Source: an uncultured Gemmatimonadales bacterium (GTDB lineage Bacteria; Gemmatimonadota; Gemmatimonadetes; Gemmatimonadales; GWC2-71-9). From it: DNA of 64,000 bases. The notes under the pieces were generated by a model. That model did not search any database. It worked only from the letters and a program-made list of their open reading frames with translations, and was not told the DNA's origin. Below are positions 54,521 through 64,000 of the stretch, in pieces; the first letter of the stretch is position 1, and the number at the start of each line of letters is the position of its first letter. Position numbers and translations under genes: made by a program. The stretch is from contig CAWGED010000005.1 of NCBI GenBank assembly GCA_963821525.1, positions 960,001 through 1,024,000 on the forward strand. The letters run 5' to 3'.

Positions 54521-55456
54521 GCGACGCCGCTTCCTCGGCCCGGGGCCGGACGCAGGCTCGGCTACCGACTGTTTGGGTCTTCTTTCGACTATCTCCTGCA
54601 TCTCCGTCCCGCCGAGTGGCCGATCATGGCGGCTCACACGGCGCTGGGATATTTCCTCGCGGTGGGTCTCTCGGGGGCAAGCGGCGGCGAGGCGTTGAAA
54701 CCGGCGTTGGCGGGCCTGGCACTGTGGGTCGTGTGTCTCAATGGCGGTACTCTGGCCCTCAACTCCGCCTTCGACAGGGACGAGGGTGACATCGGGTATC
54801 TCCGGTCGCCTCCACCGGTACCGCGACATCTCGCGATCTTCGCTCTATCGCTGATGGCCGTGGGACAGGCTCTCTCCCTGTTGCTTTCTCGCTCCTACAC
54901 GCTGGCGTACGCCACTTGCTTTGCCCTGTCGGTTGTCTACTCCATGCCTCCTTTTCGATTCAAGGCGATGGCCGGAGTGGACTGGCTCATCAACATGTGG
55001 GGATTCGGCACGATTACGCCGTACGCGGGTTATGTGGCCACCGGCCGCGCACCCGGGCTGGTACACGGCCTCGTCTTGCTGGCCTTCTGCCCGCTCTTCG
55101 CCGCGCTCTATCCACTTACTCAGCTCTACCAGTTCGAGGAGGATCGTCGCCGGGGCGATAAGACCTTTGCCTTGCTGCTTGGCATGGAGCGGAGCCTGCT
55201 GGTGGCACTCGGTGCGGCGATCGTCGCCTTTCTCTGGTTCGCAACAGCGGGGATCCTGGCCGGCTGGGAGCTTCAAGGCTGGGGACTCATACAGTGGGGG
55301 CTACTCGCTTTGGCAGCGGCCTGTTGGGGAGCTGTTCTGATCCGCTGGCTTTGGCGCTATCGGCGCATGAGTCCGGTGGACCATCAGCGCGGGATGTATC
55401 AGGCCCTCGCCGCCTGGGCGGTGACCGACCTCGTCATAGTGCTCTGCTGGGGCTGA
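54517..55456 (+). CDS. UbiA-family prenyltransferase (N-terminal frameshift)
   Basis: NSAFDRDEGD, YSMPPFRFK, YQFEEDRRRGDKT; multi-TM. Confidence 0.8.
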
Positions 55457-55542
55457 AGCATTCCAGCCCGCCACTTGGCCGGAAGCGGGTGGCGCAACTA
55501 TACTTAGGCGCGGTTGACTCAAGCCATTTCTTTGGAGTGACC

Positions 55543-56181
55543 ATGGGTTCAATGGCGCATCCGCAGGCGGGGTACGACACCACCGAAGTCCCCATCATTG
55601 TGCGCGGCTCGCTCAAACTTGGACTGGCCGAGGCACTCATCGTTGTCGCCATCGGACTCGTATCTCGCTTTCTGGACGGCCCGGTCGAAATAGCACTCGA
55701 GGGCGTGATTCTCGCCTTCGGAGTGCTGCTCGTTGTCGGCCTCCCCGGCATCTGGACCCGCGCGCGCACGATCGAAGGAATCGCCGGAGCCGCCGGGATC
55801 GGACTCGGCGCCACGGGCATCTTCCTGGTACTCGATCTTCTCTTCCTGCAAGGCAATCTCTTCCCCGCGCTCTACACCAATCGATGGAAAGAGATCGGTG
55901 GAGGGAGCAACTGGTGGTACCATCCAGTCTGGTGGATGGTCGGAACCTACCTGTCCTGGCTGGGAGGGTGGATCCTCGCGAATCAGACCCGCAAGTCCGG
56001 AGCGCCCTCGGTGCCCGGGCTTGCTGTTCTCCTCAGCATCTGCACGGTGGTCTGTGGCGTCATCGCCGTCGTGGTAGGCTTTCCCGGCGCGGGATGGAAT
56101 GTGCCCACGTTCGGGGTGGCGGTGTTGCCCGGCCTGGCACTCGCTACGACCATCTCGGTGCTGGGGGCCCGCAAAGCATAG
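55543..56181 (+). CDS. Hypothetical membrane protein
   Basis: GGAG RBS; about 6 TM helices; GGGSNWWYHPVWW. Confidence 0.7.
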   Translation: MGSMAHPQAGYDTTEVPIIVRGSLKLGLAEALIVVAIGLVSRFLDGPVEIALEGVILAFGVLLVVGLPGIWTRARTIEGIAGAAGIGLGATGIFLVLDLLFLQGNLFPALYTNRWKEIGGGSNWWYHPVWWMVGTYLSWLGGWILANQTRKSGAPSVPGLAVLLSICTVVCGVIAVVVGFPGAGWNVPTFGVAVLPGLALATTISVLGARKA

Positions 56182-56187
56182 AGGCGA

Positions 56188-56502
56188 ATGCGCTGGCTCG
56201 CCCTCTTCGCCCGCATCGTCGGCTGGCTGCTCACTCCACTGGTGGTGTGGGCAGCTTCGTTTTTGGGAGCCTGGCTCGCGACGTGGTTTGCTACCGGCAT
56301 CGCGGCGCCGCGCGCGGGACTCTATGCCACGCTGATCTCTGGACTCATCGCGGGATTGGTGATGACGCTGGTCTGGATGAAAGTCCTGCGACGCTCCCGC
56401 CGACTGCGGAAGTCGCTGCATGTCACAAGCGAAGGCTTGCCCATCCTCGAGGATGCGCTTCCTCCCGCGGAACCGCCGGCGGCGGAGGCGCCGCAGGCGT
56501 GA
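56188..56502 (+). CDS. Small membrane protein
   Basis: GAGG RBS; two TM helices. Confidence 0.6.
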   Translation: MRWLALFARIVGWLLTPLVVWAASFLGAWLATWFATGIAAPRAGLYATLISGLIAGLVMTLVWMKVLRRSRRLRKSLHVTSEGLPILEDALPPAEPPAAEAPQA

Positions 56503-56507
56503 GGGGC

Positions 56508-56888
56508 ATGAGCTGGATCGCTGGCGTGACGGCGGTTACCGCGTTCACCGGCTGCCAGGGCAATCATCAGGTGAGCAGGGACTCGGCCGCGTCGTCCGTC
56601 CCGTCCGACTCACCGGCAGATTCGCTGGCGTTGACTGCGGCCCCCGGAGTAGAGGTGTGGTTTACCGATGCCCGTCAGGCTCACGACAGCGCCGGGAATG
56701 CATGCGAGGAGCGAGTGCTTGAAATCCGACGTGACGGCCGCCGAATTCCTGTACCGCTCCTGTATACCGGAAGCCTTCCTCGGCTGATCAACGACTCTAC
56801 CATAGAAGCGCCGATCTGGCTCCATTGCCGGCCCGGCAACCTCTACCGAGTCAATCTCCACACCGGGTATCCCACGAGGGTGCAGTGA
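56508..56888 (+). CDS. Hypothetical lipoprotein
   Basis: Lipobox-like FTGC; IPVPLLYTG. Confidence 0.55.
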   Translation: MSWIAGVTAVTAFTGCQGNHQVSRDSAASSVPSDSPADSLALTAAPGVEVWFTDARQAHDSAGNACEERVLEIRRDGRRIPVPLLYTGSLPRLINDSTIEAPIWLHCRPGNLYRVNLHTGYPTRVQ

Positions 56889-57853
56889 GGAAGACTCTGC
56901 TCCTCATGGTGCTCATAGCCTCCCGGGCCGAGGCCCAGGGCCCGGGGTTCGAGCTGGGACGGTTGTTCACCGAGCCGGCGGCCACGACCTACCGGATTGG
57001 TTTCACGGCCCCGATCAGTGGACCCTTGAGCGGTGGGATCCATGGGACCTACATGGACGCCGAAGGGGCGATCGGAAACCTCTGGGGCGCCGGGGCCGAC
57101 CTCGCGCTGTTCAAAGGCGGGAAAGCCGGACTCTATCTGATCGGTGGAGTGTCGGGCGGGATGGTCACTCAAGGAAGCGAGACATTCTGGGGTTCGTGGT
57201 CAGGCGGACTCGGATACGAACTATTCCCGTTCAGAGCGCTCTCCCTCGGCGTCGAGGGCCGGTATCGTGCCCTCGGCCCCGGCGACTATCACGGCGTGGA
57301 GCTGGGCTTCCACCTCGGCGTGCAGAAACGGTCGCGCCAGCCAGAGCCGGAAACCAGGACCGCAACGGAACCGGTGCTGTCCTCACCTCCTACCACCGTA
57401 GCCACCCGCGCGACACTCGAGGGCGACGGCGTCTCCAAGGCTGACGCCTCGACCGTTGCATCCGTGGTTCAGACGGCACTCGATGTCATGGGTACCCCGT
57501 ATCAGTGGGGCGGGGACGGCGAAGGAGGATTCGACTGCTCCGGACTCATCCGCTACGCCTTCGCGAAGCACGGCGTCGAGCTCCCGCGCACCAGCGCCGA
57601 GCAGGCGAAAGAAGGTGTGATGGTTGACAAGGATTTCGATCGCATGCGCCCCGGAGATATCCTGACGTTCTCCAACCGCGGCGATCAGGGCATCACCCAT
57701 GTCGGTCTCTACATCGGCGACCACCGCTTCATTCACAGCGCATCGTCGGGAGTCCAGATCAGTGTGCTGGACCCTGGCGACACGTATGGCCGGTGGTGGT
57801 ATCGGCGCTGGATCGGGGTGCGGCGGGTGGTCGCATGGATCGGCGGGACGTAA
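56885..57853 (+). CDS. NlpC/P60 (C40) peptidase with N-terminal outer-membrane beta-barrel-like domain
   Basis: GTPYQWGG, FDCSG, LPRTS, HVGLY, FIHS; N-half has amphipathic beta strands (GGLGYELF, LGVEGRY, ELGFHLG). Confidence 0.88.
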   Translation: MRKTLLLMVLIASRAEAQGPGFELGRLFTEPAATTYRIGFTAPISGPLSGGIHGTYMDAEGAIGNLWGAGADLALFKGGKAGLYLIGGVSGGMVTQGSETFWGSWSGGLGYELFPFRALSLGVEGRYRALGPGDYHGVELGFHLGVQKRSRQPEPETRTATEPVLSSPPTTVATRATLEGDGVSKADASTVASVVQTALDVMGTPYQWGGDGEGGFDCSGLIRYAFAKHGVELPRTSAEQAKEGVMVDKDFDRMRPGDILTFSNRGDQGITHVGLYIGDHRFIHSASSGVQISVLDPGDTYGRWWYRRWIGVRRVVAWIGGT

Positions 57854-58023
57854 ATCAGTCATCACCCGATGGGGAAAGACGCGTTCTGGGCAGTTTTTCG
57901 CAGTACTAATTCTTAGCCTTCAAGACTTCAGACGAGCGGCGCACCGACGCTGGATTCAGTGTTGGCTCTGGTTTGGCGCGTCGTGGCCTGAAGTGGCATA
58001 CCTCAAATGAAAGGCAACCCCTG

Positions 58024-58671
58024 ATGCGTCGAATTCCAGATGGGCTTGCGTCACTTTGCTTCCTTGCGCTGCTTTCTGCCAGTTCGCCCTCGGTCCTGGT
58101 TGCGCAGATCAGTCTAGACGTTGGGCCCACCGTCGGGTTCTATGCCTCCTTGACCACAACCGAAGGGCCGAGGGCACCGGGCCTTCCCGCAGTCCCGGGG
58201 ACCGCCACCTGGAAGCAGGACGCCGCCGTCGCCTATGGAGGGGAGGCAACGGTCTGGCTCAATGGCCGAATCGGAATCGGGGGATCTTACCTCTACTCTC
58301 CCAGCAGGGTCTCCGTCACGGGGAATGGAGCGTTCGCGAGTAACGAGCAGCAGTCGGCTTCGGTCCAGGTCGCGACCGCCCGCGCCACCTTCTCCTTCGA
58401 TGTCGGCAAGAACCCGGTCTACCTGAGTGGTGGAGTTGGCCGGATCATTCGGGGAGGGCCCGCCTACGAGGATCTCGATGATCCTGCCAACACCGCGGCC
58501 GTGTTCGGAGTAGGCACGGGGCTGAAGATCGCCCGGCAGCTCCGCGTCAATCTCGGGATGGATGTGCTGTTCTATTCACTCCAACTCAAGACTTCGAGCG
58601 CGAGCTTTCCATCTCACACCCAGGCGGACGTTGTGGGGCGGGTGGGGTTGGTGTACCGAGTGGGCGGCTGA
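58024..58671 (+). CDS. Outer-membrane beta-barrel protein
   Basis: Signal peptide; YGGEATVW, PVYLSGGVG, FGVGTG, GRVGLVYR strands. Confidence 0.7.
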   Translation: MRRIPDGLASLCFLALLSASSPSVLVAQISLDVGPTVGFYASLTTTEGPRAPGLPAVPGTATWKQDAAVAYGGEATVWLNGRIGIGGSYLYSPSRVSVTGNGAFASNEQQSASVQVATARATFSFDVGKNPVYLSGGVGRIIRGGPAYEDLDDPANTAAVFGVGTGLKIARQLRVNLGMDVLFYSLQLKTSSASFPSHTQADVVGRVGLVYRVGG

Positions 58672-58690
58672 GCACAGCAGCAATGCAGCA

Positions 58691-59803
58691 ATGACTCAAG
58701 CACGAACCACTTCCATCTCCGCGGCGATCGTCGCCACGGTCGCGATCGGGTTCGCGCTGCATCTGGGCCGGGTGGTCTTCATCCCGATTGCCCTGGCCCT
58801 GGTTCTCGCCGCGCTGCTGGCGCCGCTGGTCGGTCGGCTCGAGCGGGCTCGAATTCCGGCGCCGGTCGGTGCCACTCTCCTCCTGCTGGGAACCGTGGCG
58901 CTCGTGGTCGGAACTGGGCTCGCGCTCTCGGGCCCGGTCCAGGACTGGGCTCACAAGACGCCCGAGGCAATTGCGGCCGCCGGGAAAAAGGTGCAGGCGT
59001 TCCGCCACCGGTTCGATCGACTCAATGCGCTCCTCACACCATCGGCAGGTACCTCCAGCCCCGTCGATTCGACTCGCGGGGCCGCCCCATCCGATAGTAC
59101 GCACGGAGCCCAGGGCTCCGAGCAGCCGGCCTCATCACCGCAATCCTCGCCCACTCAAACCGGCCTCACCCCAATCCTTGGCCGGGCGTTTGGCACCACA
59201 ACGCAAATCATCAGCGCGCTTACCGAGACAGTCCTGCTGCTGTTCTTCCTCTTGGCAGGCGGCCGCACCTGGCGGGACCGGCTTACTCAGACCGCAAGTT
59301 CGCCAGCCGCGGGCAAGAGGGTGGTCGGCATTCTCGGCGAGATGCAGCGGGTTGTCTCCCGATATTTGTTGGTCACCCTGCTGATCAATGTTGGGCAAGG
59401 AATACTGGTCGGAATCGCCATGGCACTTATCGGCATGCCGGCTCCATTGGTTTGGGGAGCGCTCACTGTAGTTGCGGAATTCGTTCCCTACGCGGGCGGC
59501 CTGGTCATGGTGGTGCTGCTGACTCTGACCGGCCTGGCCGGGTCGCAGAGCGCTGGGCATGTAGTCTTGGCGCCCGGACTCTATCTGCTCATCACCACGC
59601 TGCAGAACAACCTGGTGAGCCCCGTCGTTTACGGACAGGGCCTGCGCTTGAATCCGCTCGCGATTCTGCTCGGGGTGATCGTTTGGTATTTCCTCTGGGG
59701 CGTGCCGGGGGCTTTTCTTGCGGTGCCGATTCTTGCGGCGTTCAAGACTGTGTGCGAGCGGGTGGAGACGCTGAAACCGGTGTGTGTCTTTCTAGAGCAT
59801 TGA
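58691..59803 (+). CDS. AI-2E family transporter
   Basis: FVPYAG, NNLVSPVVYG, LNPLAIL, WGVPGAFLAVP. Confidence 0.9.
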   Translation: MTQARTTSISAAIVATVAIGFALHLGRVVFIPIALALVLAALLAPLVGRLERARIPAPVGATLLLLGTVALVVGTGLALSGPVQDWAHKTPEAIAAAGKKVQAFRHRFDRLNALLTPSAGTSSPVDSTRGAAPSDSTHGAQGSEQPASSPQSSPTQTGLTPILGRAFGTTTQIISALTETVLLLFFLLAGGRTWRDRLTQTASSPAAGKRVVGILGEMQRVVSRYLLVTLLINVGQGILVGIAMALIGMPAPLVWGALTVVAEFVPYAGGLVMVVLLTLTGLAGSQSAGHVVLAPGLYLLITTLQNNLVSPVVYGQGLRLNPLAILLGVIVWYFLWGVPGAFLAVPILAAFKTVCERVETLKPVCVFLEH

Positions 59804-59839
59804 GCGGGGAACGAGCGATAGGGAAGGGCGGAATCCGTC

Positions 59840-60874
59840 CTACTGCGAGTGCTGATGTTCGTGGTTCATCCCTTCCATAGGCGCCATCGAGTACCGGTCG
59901 CGCAGCGACTCCATCCAGGCGACGTCCCTCATCCACGCGGTATCGGTCGGCACGATCTTGGGCCAGTCGCTCAGGTTGTCCGGCACAAAGGCGACCCCCA
60001 CCGCTCCCATCGCCCCTCGGACCAGGTCTGCTCCGGTCGGGTTGTTGTACTGCGCCGAAACCCGGTAGCGCCGATTGGCCTTGAGGTGGATTCCGCGCCC
60101 GTAGATGCCGGGTAGCGTGCGTGCGACTCCGTGGATCTTTCCAGTTGAATCCAGGTTCGAATCCAGGTGCAGCACCGTCTTTCCCGTCTCCAGATCCACC
60201 AGCTCGAGAAACTCCCCGTAGTCGTGCATGTGCCCGCCGGCTCCCACGATTCGCCCGCCCACCGGCAAGGTGAATTCGAAGCTCTTGGTGGAAATGCCGG
60301 GCGGCGCGGTGTAAGGACCGGATTCACCCTTCCGTACCTCGAGTGCCACCGGGAGCACGCTCGTGGGCTGTGGGTTCATGTTCTTCGGCATCCAGTACAG
60401 CCGGACGTGCAGGTAGGTGCCGGACATGTCGTGCTCGGTGGTGTTGTTCCATGCCATGTACATCCCCATGTGGAATCCACTGGACATGGGGACACCCACC
60501 GTTTTGGGCACCATCACACTCTTGGTCTCGTTGCCGAAGGCGAACAGCCGCTCCACGTACGGGCTGATCAGCTGCCTGCGATCGAAGTTGAGGAGGGTGA
60601 TGTGATGCAGGAGGCGACGGTTGAGTTTCTGCCCGGTCGAGTCGTAGAGCTCGACGTCGAACCCGCGCACCCACCCATCAACCGGCCAGATGAACTTGTA
60701 GAGCGGGGTGTAGTGGCCCTTCATGTCGTGGCCGGCCATCAGCATCTCGGGCATGGCGGGCATCACGAACGGCCCCAGGACAACGGTCACTTGATGCTTC
60801 GAGGAATCGATCTCCACCCGCACCGTCGGAGTATCGACGGCGATGGCGGTGGCGAGGAGGAGGGCGGAGATCAT
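59840..60874 (-). CDS. Secreted PHM/DBH-like copper monooxygenase-fold protein, paralog A
   Basis: LLHHITL, GGHMHDYG, YNN...GAMG; Met/His-rich tail MEGMNHEHQH. Confidence 0.65.
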   Translation of the reverse strand: MISALLLATAIAVDTPTVRVEIDSSKHQVTVVLGPFVMPAMPEMLMAGHDMKGHYTPLYKFIWPVDGWVRGFDVELYDSTGQKLNRRLLHHITLLNFDRRQLISPYVERLFAFGNETKSVMVPKTVGVPMSSGFHMGMYMAWNNTTEHDMSGTYLHVRLYWMPKNMNPQPTSVLPVALEVRKGESGPYTAPPGISTKSFEFTLPVGGRIVGAGGHMHDYGEFLELVDLETGKTVLHLDSNLDSTGKIHGVARTLPGIYGRGIHLKANRRYRVSAQYNNPTGADLVRGAMGAVGVAFVPDNLSDWPKIVPTDTAWMRDVAWMESLRDRYSMAPMEGMNHEHQHSQ

Positions 60875-60888
60875 CGGGTGTCAGGAGG

Positions 60889-61971
60889 TCACTCGTTGTG
60901 CTCACTGCCCGAATGCTCATGGGCTCCGTGGTCATGCCCACCCTCGCCCATGTCCATCCCCCTCATCTCGAGCGAGGCCATGTCGCGCTGGAAGGTCGGG
61001 TTGGACAAGTCAATCGCGGGCCATTTCGACATGTCGTCCGGTGCGAACAGTCCGGCCATATGACCCATCGCGCCGTTCTTGATGAGTTCGCCGGTCGGGT
61101 TGTCGTAGTACGCGATGACCCGGTAGGGATGGTTGGCTTTGAGCTTGATGCCGGCTCCCTTGATGCCCGGCAGGCTGCGGCTCACCTTCAGCACGCCGCC
61201 CTTCTCGTCCCGGGTCGCGGTCACCTTGGCCAGCTCTTTCCCGTTCGCCGCGTCTTCCAGCCGAACCATTGTCCCGTAGTCGTGCAGGTGGCCGCCGTAT
61301 CCGATGATGCGTCCGTTCAGCGGCACCGAGAACTCATAAGACTTGCTGGACTTGCCCGGGGGAACGTCGAAGGTGTTGGTGCCGCCCACGGTCAGGTTCA
61401 CATCCATGTACAGCGGGAGGACATCCAGCGGCCGAGGATTCTGGTTCTTCGGCAGGTACTGCATCGTCATCCGGAGCCGCACCCCCTCCAGGTCCTTCCC
61501 GGTATCGTTGTGCCAGGCGACGTAGAAGCCGATCGTCATCCCCGAGCGCATCGGCACCCCGATGGTAGCCGGGACCGAGGCGTCTTCCGATTCCGTGCCA
61601 GTGCCGAAGAGTCGTTCGGCCGCCTGGTAGAGCAGTTGGCGGCGATCGTAGTTCACTACGATCAGGTGATGCATGATCCGTCGAGGCAGCAGGTTCCCGT
61701 CCTTGTCGATCACCTCGAGCTTGTAGCCGCGAAACCACCCATCCACCGGCCACTGGAAGGTCTGGACCGGCGTGTCATGCGAGGCCCCGTGATCCATCAT
61801 GCCGTGCATCTCCATCGGCGGCATGTTGGGCAGGTCGAAGCTCCCGGCGGTGACGATGACCTCGTGATCGGAGGAATCCACCTTCATCACCAGGCTGGGC
61901 TCGTCCTGAGGGGTCAGGGAGGGCGTCGCAACCGTGAACGAAGCGAGAAGCGCGAGGGTGACCAGCATCAT
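60889..61971 (-). CDS. Secreted PHM/DBH-like copper monooxygenase-fold protein, paralog B
   Basis: AGGAG RBS; signal peptide; IMHHLIV, AWHN, GGHLHDYG, YDN...GAMG; tail MDMGEGGHDHGAHEH. Confidence 0.65.
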   Translation of the reverse strand: MMLVTLALLASFTVATPSLTPQDEPSLVMKVDSSDHEVIVTAGSFDLPNMPPMEMHGMMDHGASHDTPVQTFQWPVDGWFRGYKLEVIDKDGNLLPRRIMHHLIVVNYDRRQLLYQAAERLFGTGTESEDASVPATIGVPMRSGMTIGFYVAWHNDTGKDLEGVRLRMTMQYLPKNQNPRPLDVLPLYMDVNLTVGGTNTFDVPPGKSSKSYEFSVPLNGRIIGYGGHLHDYGTMVRLEDAANGKELAKVTATRDEKGGVLKVSRSLPGIKGAGIKLKANHPYRVIAYYDNPTGELIKNGAMGHMAGLFAPDDMSKWPAIDLSNPTFQRDMASLEMRGMDMGEGGHDHGAHEHSGSEHNE

Positions 61972-62193
61972 GTGTCTCCTGAACGGAAAAACCCGATCCG
62001 GACTCGACGGGCGCCTGTACTGGTCGGGGAAAATCCTGAGGGGGAAGGGCAAAGTCAAGCGAGCCAAAGGGTAAGCGACGTGGCTCCATCGGCCTACTGG
62101 ACGAGATTGGCTTCGGCCCTAAAGTTAGTGCAGCAATTGTGGTATCCCGGCCTCCGTGTCGGGCGTCGGACTCAACCCCCTCGCAGCTTCTCC

Positions 62194-63111
62194 ATGGTCA
62201 GCGGCCTGCGGCTTTCAGCCCTGTTCGTCTGTACGGTAGCTGGCGCGGCAAACGCCCAGAACCTGTGCGTCGATCGGAACGGGCGCCCGATTTCCGAAAT
62301 CATCGACAATTCCCTGACCAGCGCGGGTGGGGCGGTACTTCGGAATGGAGAGCGGCTGATCCTGTGGAACCAGGCCGCTGCCTCCAAGTCATCCGAAACG
62401 GGTCGGCTTTTCCTCTATCTGCATGAATGCGCCCATCACGCTCTTGGCCACGTCTACAAGTCTCCCGACATGCGGTGGGAGCTGGAGGCGGACTGCTGGG
62501 CCTTCCAACTCCTCGCGGAGGGTGGGCTGGTCAAGAATCGCCGTCTCGTTGAGTTCGAGCGGGATCTGGCCGCGACGCCGGGAGACGCACTCCATCTGGG
62601 CGGCGAGGTCCTGCTCGACAGTCTCCAGCGATGTCTGAGTATCCGCACGGACCAGCAGGCGTGGGTAACCGCACTCAGGGCCTTCACCAGCGCCGCGCAG
62701 GAACGCTTCGCCTCGATACGGGGAGATAGCGTTCCAGACGCTGCATTCGGAACCTACGAATCCCTGATCGACGCCCCGGGCAGTTTCGACTGTGAGGTGC
62801 TCGATCCCGCCTCGCTCCGCTGCCTGCTGTTTGTCTCCCGGAAAGACGGCCCGGCGCGGTCGCGCTACGAGCAACTGGTCAAGATCTTCCGCCGCTGTCT
62901 CCCGTCGCACTGGACCTCCGCCGATCAGCGCGCGCCGTGGGTGGGGCCCGAAGTCCCTGCCGCGCGGCGGCCGGTGCGCCAGTTCCTCGCCCAGGACAGC
63001 GAGAACGGGACTCTCCTGGCCTTGGTGCTGACGCAGCAGGATCGGGTTTACCTGGTGATGCGATCGTCGGAGGATTGGCTGGCTACTGGACCCGGGACCT
63101 GCCAGGGCTAA
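62194..63111 (+). CDS. Secreted HEXXH zinc-metallopeptidase-like protein
   Basis: Signal peptide AANAQ; YLHECAHHALGH and ELEADCWA. Confidence 0.65.
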   Translation: MVSGLRLSALFVCTVAGAANAQNLCVDRNGRPISEIIDNSLTSAGGAVLRNGERLILWNQAAASKSSETGRLFLYLHECAHHALGHVYKSPDMRWELEADCWAFQLLAEGGLVKNRRLVEFERDLAATPGDALHLGGEVLLDSLQRCLSIRTDQQAWVTALRAFTSAAQERFASIRGDSVPDAAFGTYESLIDAPGSFDCEVLDPASLRCLLFVSRKDGPARSRYEQLVKIFRRCLPSHWTSADQRAPWVGPEVPAARRPVRQFLAQDSENGTLLALVLTQQDRVYLVMRSSEDWLATGPGTCQG

Positions 63112-63341
63112 TGCTCCGGTTGAGTCGGTGCGGGAATTGTTGCCGGTGACGGCTCCGTAGTCCGGAGGGCTGCGCATCTCGCCGAGTTTTGCACCACATT
63201 GCGTTATTCCGGTGGGATCTCGAGTCATCAACTCCGCGATTTTCCCCCCGAGGGGTGGGGGGACTGCTCGCGTTTTCTTGATCCGTCTCCGCGGGTTTGC
63301 GTCTGCCGGGGAGGCAGGGGGAAGGTTACTGAGGGGCTGGG

Positions 63342-64000
63342 CTACTGGTCGTGGTGCTCGTGATGCATGTGCATCGAGTCGGGTGCTGCGGTCGCCGCGG
63401 CGCTCTTCTTATCTCGCCCGATACTCTCCAGCATTGCCATGTCGGTGAGAATCCCTGGATCATCGGGATCCAGCTCGGGCCATTTCGCAGGATCATCTGG
63501 AACAAATGCCGCTACGATCAGCGCCATCGCTCCCTGCTTCAGGATGTCGCCCGTCGGATTATCGTAATCGGCCGTGACCCGGTAACGCCGGTTCGCTTTG
63601 AGTCGCAGTCCGTCTCCCTTAATACCCAGTAAACGCGTCGGCACTCCTTTGAGCTTGCCCAGCGAATCGGTCTTCGCCGGAAGGTCGAGCAGGACCTTGC
63701 CACTCTCCGCATCTTCCAGCCGCACGAACTTGGCGTAGTCGTGCAGGTGCCCACCCGCCGCGAGGATTCGACCACCGACCGGCAGGGTGAATTCATAGCT
63801 CTTTGAGGAGGGACCGCTGGGAAGGTTATAGGCGTCGGACTTCCCAACCGTGTACGACACGTCCATGTAGAGCAAATGAATATCCCGCGGCCTTGGCATC
63901 ATGTTCGGCGGCGTGTAGCGCATCCGAACGGTGAGCATGGCGCCGCGAATCTCTTCCGGCTTGCTGTTGTGCCAGCCGATGAAGGTCGCCAGCCGCATGC
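63342..64000 (-). CDS. PHM/DBH-like copper monooxygenase-fold protein, paralog C (5' end outside window)
   Basis: GWHN, GGHLHDYA, YDN...GAMA; tail SMHMHHEHHDQ. Confidence 0.65.
   Translation of the reverse strand, partial: MRLATFIGWHNSKPEEIRGAMLTVRMRYTPPNMMPRPRDIHLLYMDVSYTVGKSDAYNLPSGPSSKSYEFTLPVGGRILAAGGHLHDYAKFVRLEDAESGKVLLDLPAKTDSLGKLKGVPTRLLGIKGDGLRLKANRRYRVTADYDNPTGDILKQGAMALIVAAFVPDDPAKWPELDPDDPGILTDMAMLESIGRDKKSAAATAAPDSMHMHHEHHDQ

Noticed and set aside
60898..63111. 737-aa ORF as one protein
   Set aside because: The first ~430 aa are mostly the antisense shadow of paralog B; the credible gene starts at ATG 62194 with a signal peptide

Overview
GC-rich bacterial chromosomal segment. 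Gene content and order (hprK-mannose-type PTS-ptsH-ptsI-metK, MoxR/Bat operon, bshA, OM beta-barrels, TonB receptor) fit a diderm, probably Gemmatimonadota (inference). Many conserved genes are split by 1-nt indels, most likely uncorrected long-read errors, so coordinates of split genes are approximate. The core blocks are: a PTS operon with metK; a cobalamin riboswitch-controlled btuFCD/TonB/beta-propeller operon; recO-selB; clpB-tadA; pyrR-pyrB-pyrC; rpsT; scpAB-rluB; moxR-bat; and mutL-miaA-bshA-uppP-birA-coaX. The accessory region at about 20.6-32.7 kb contains two tRNA-Ser genes, three Cu/Zn-SOD-fold paralogs (two without the metal-binding His residues), a covarying 50-bp structured repeat, a duplicated tRNA 5' half, and a HEPN-like plus Zn-ribbon/NDT-like candidate defence pair. 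Three observations stand out. (1) At least three secreted paralogs resembling PHM/DBH-type copper monooxygenases, with His/Met-rich tails, lie at 59.8-64 kb. (2) A dispersed set of inverted tandem micro-repeat elements (7- or 9-nt units, usually a different unit per site) is present, and one of them is translated in frame inside the MutL linker. (3) A 314-bp tandem duplication between pyrR and pyrB carries a synonymously recoded copy of the pyrR 3' end.
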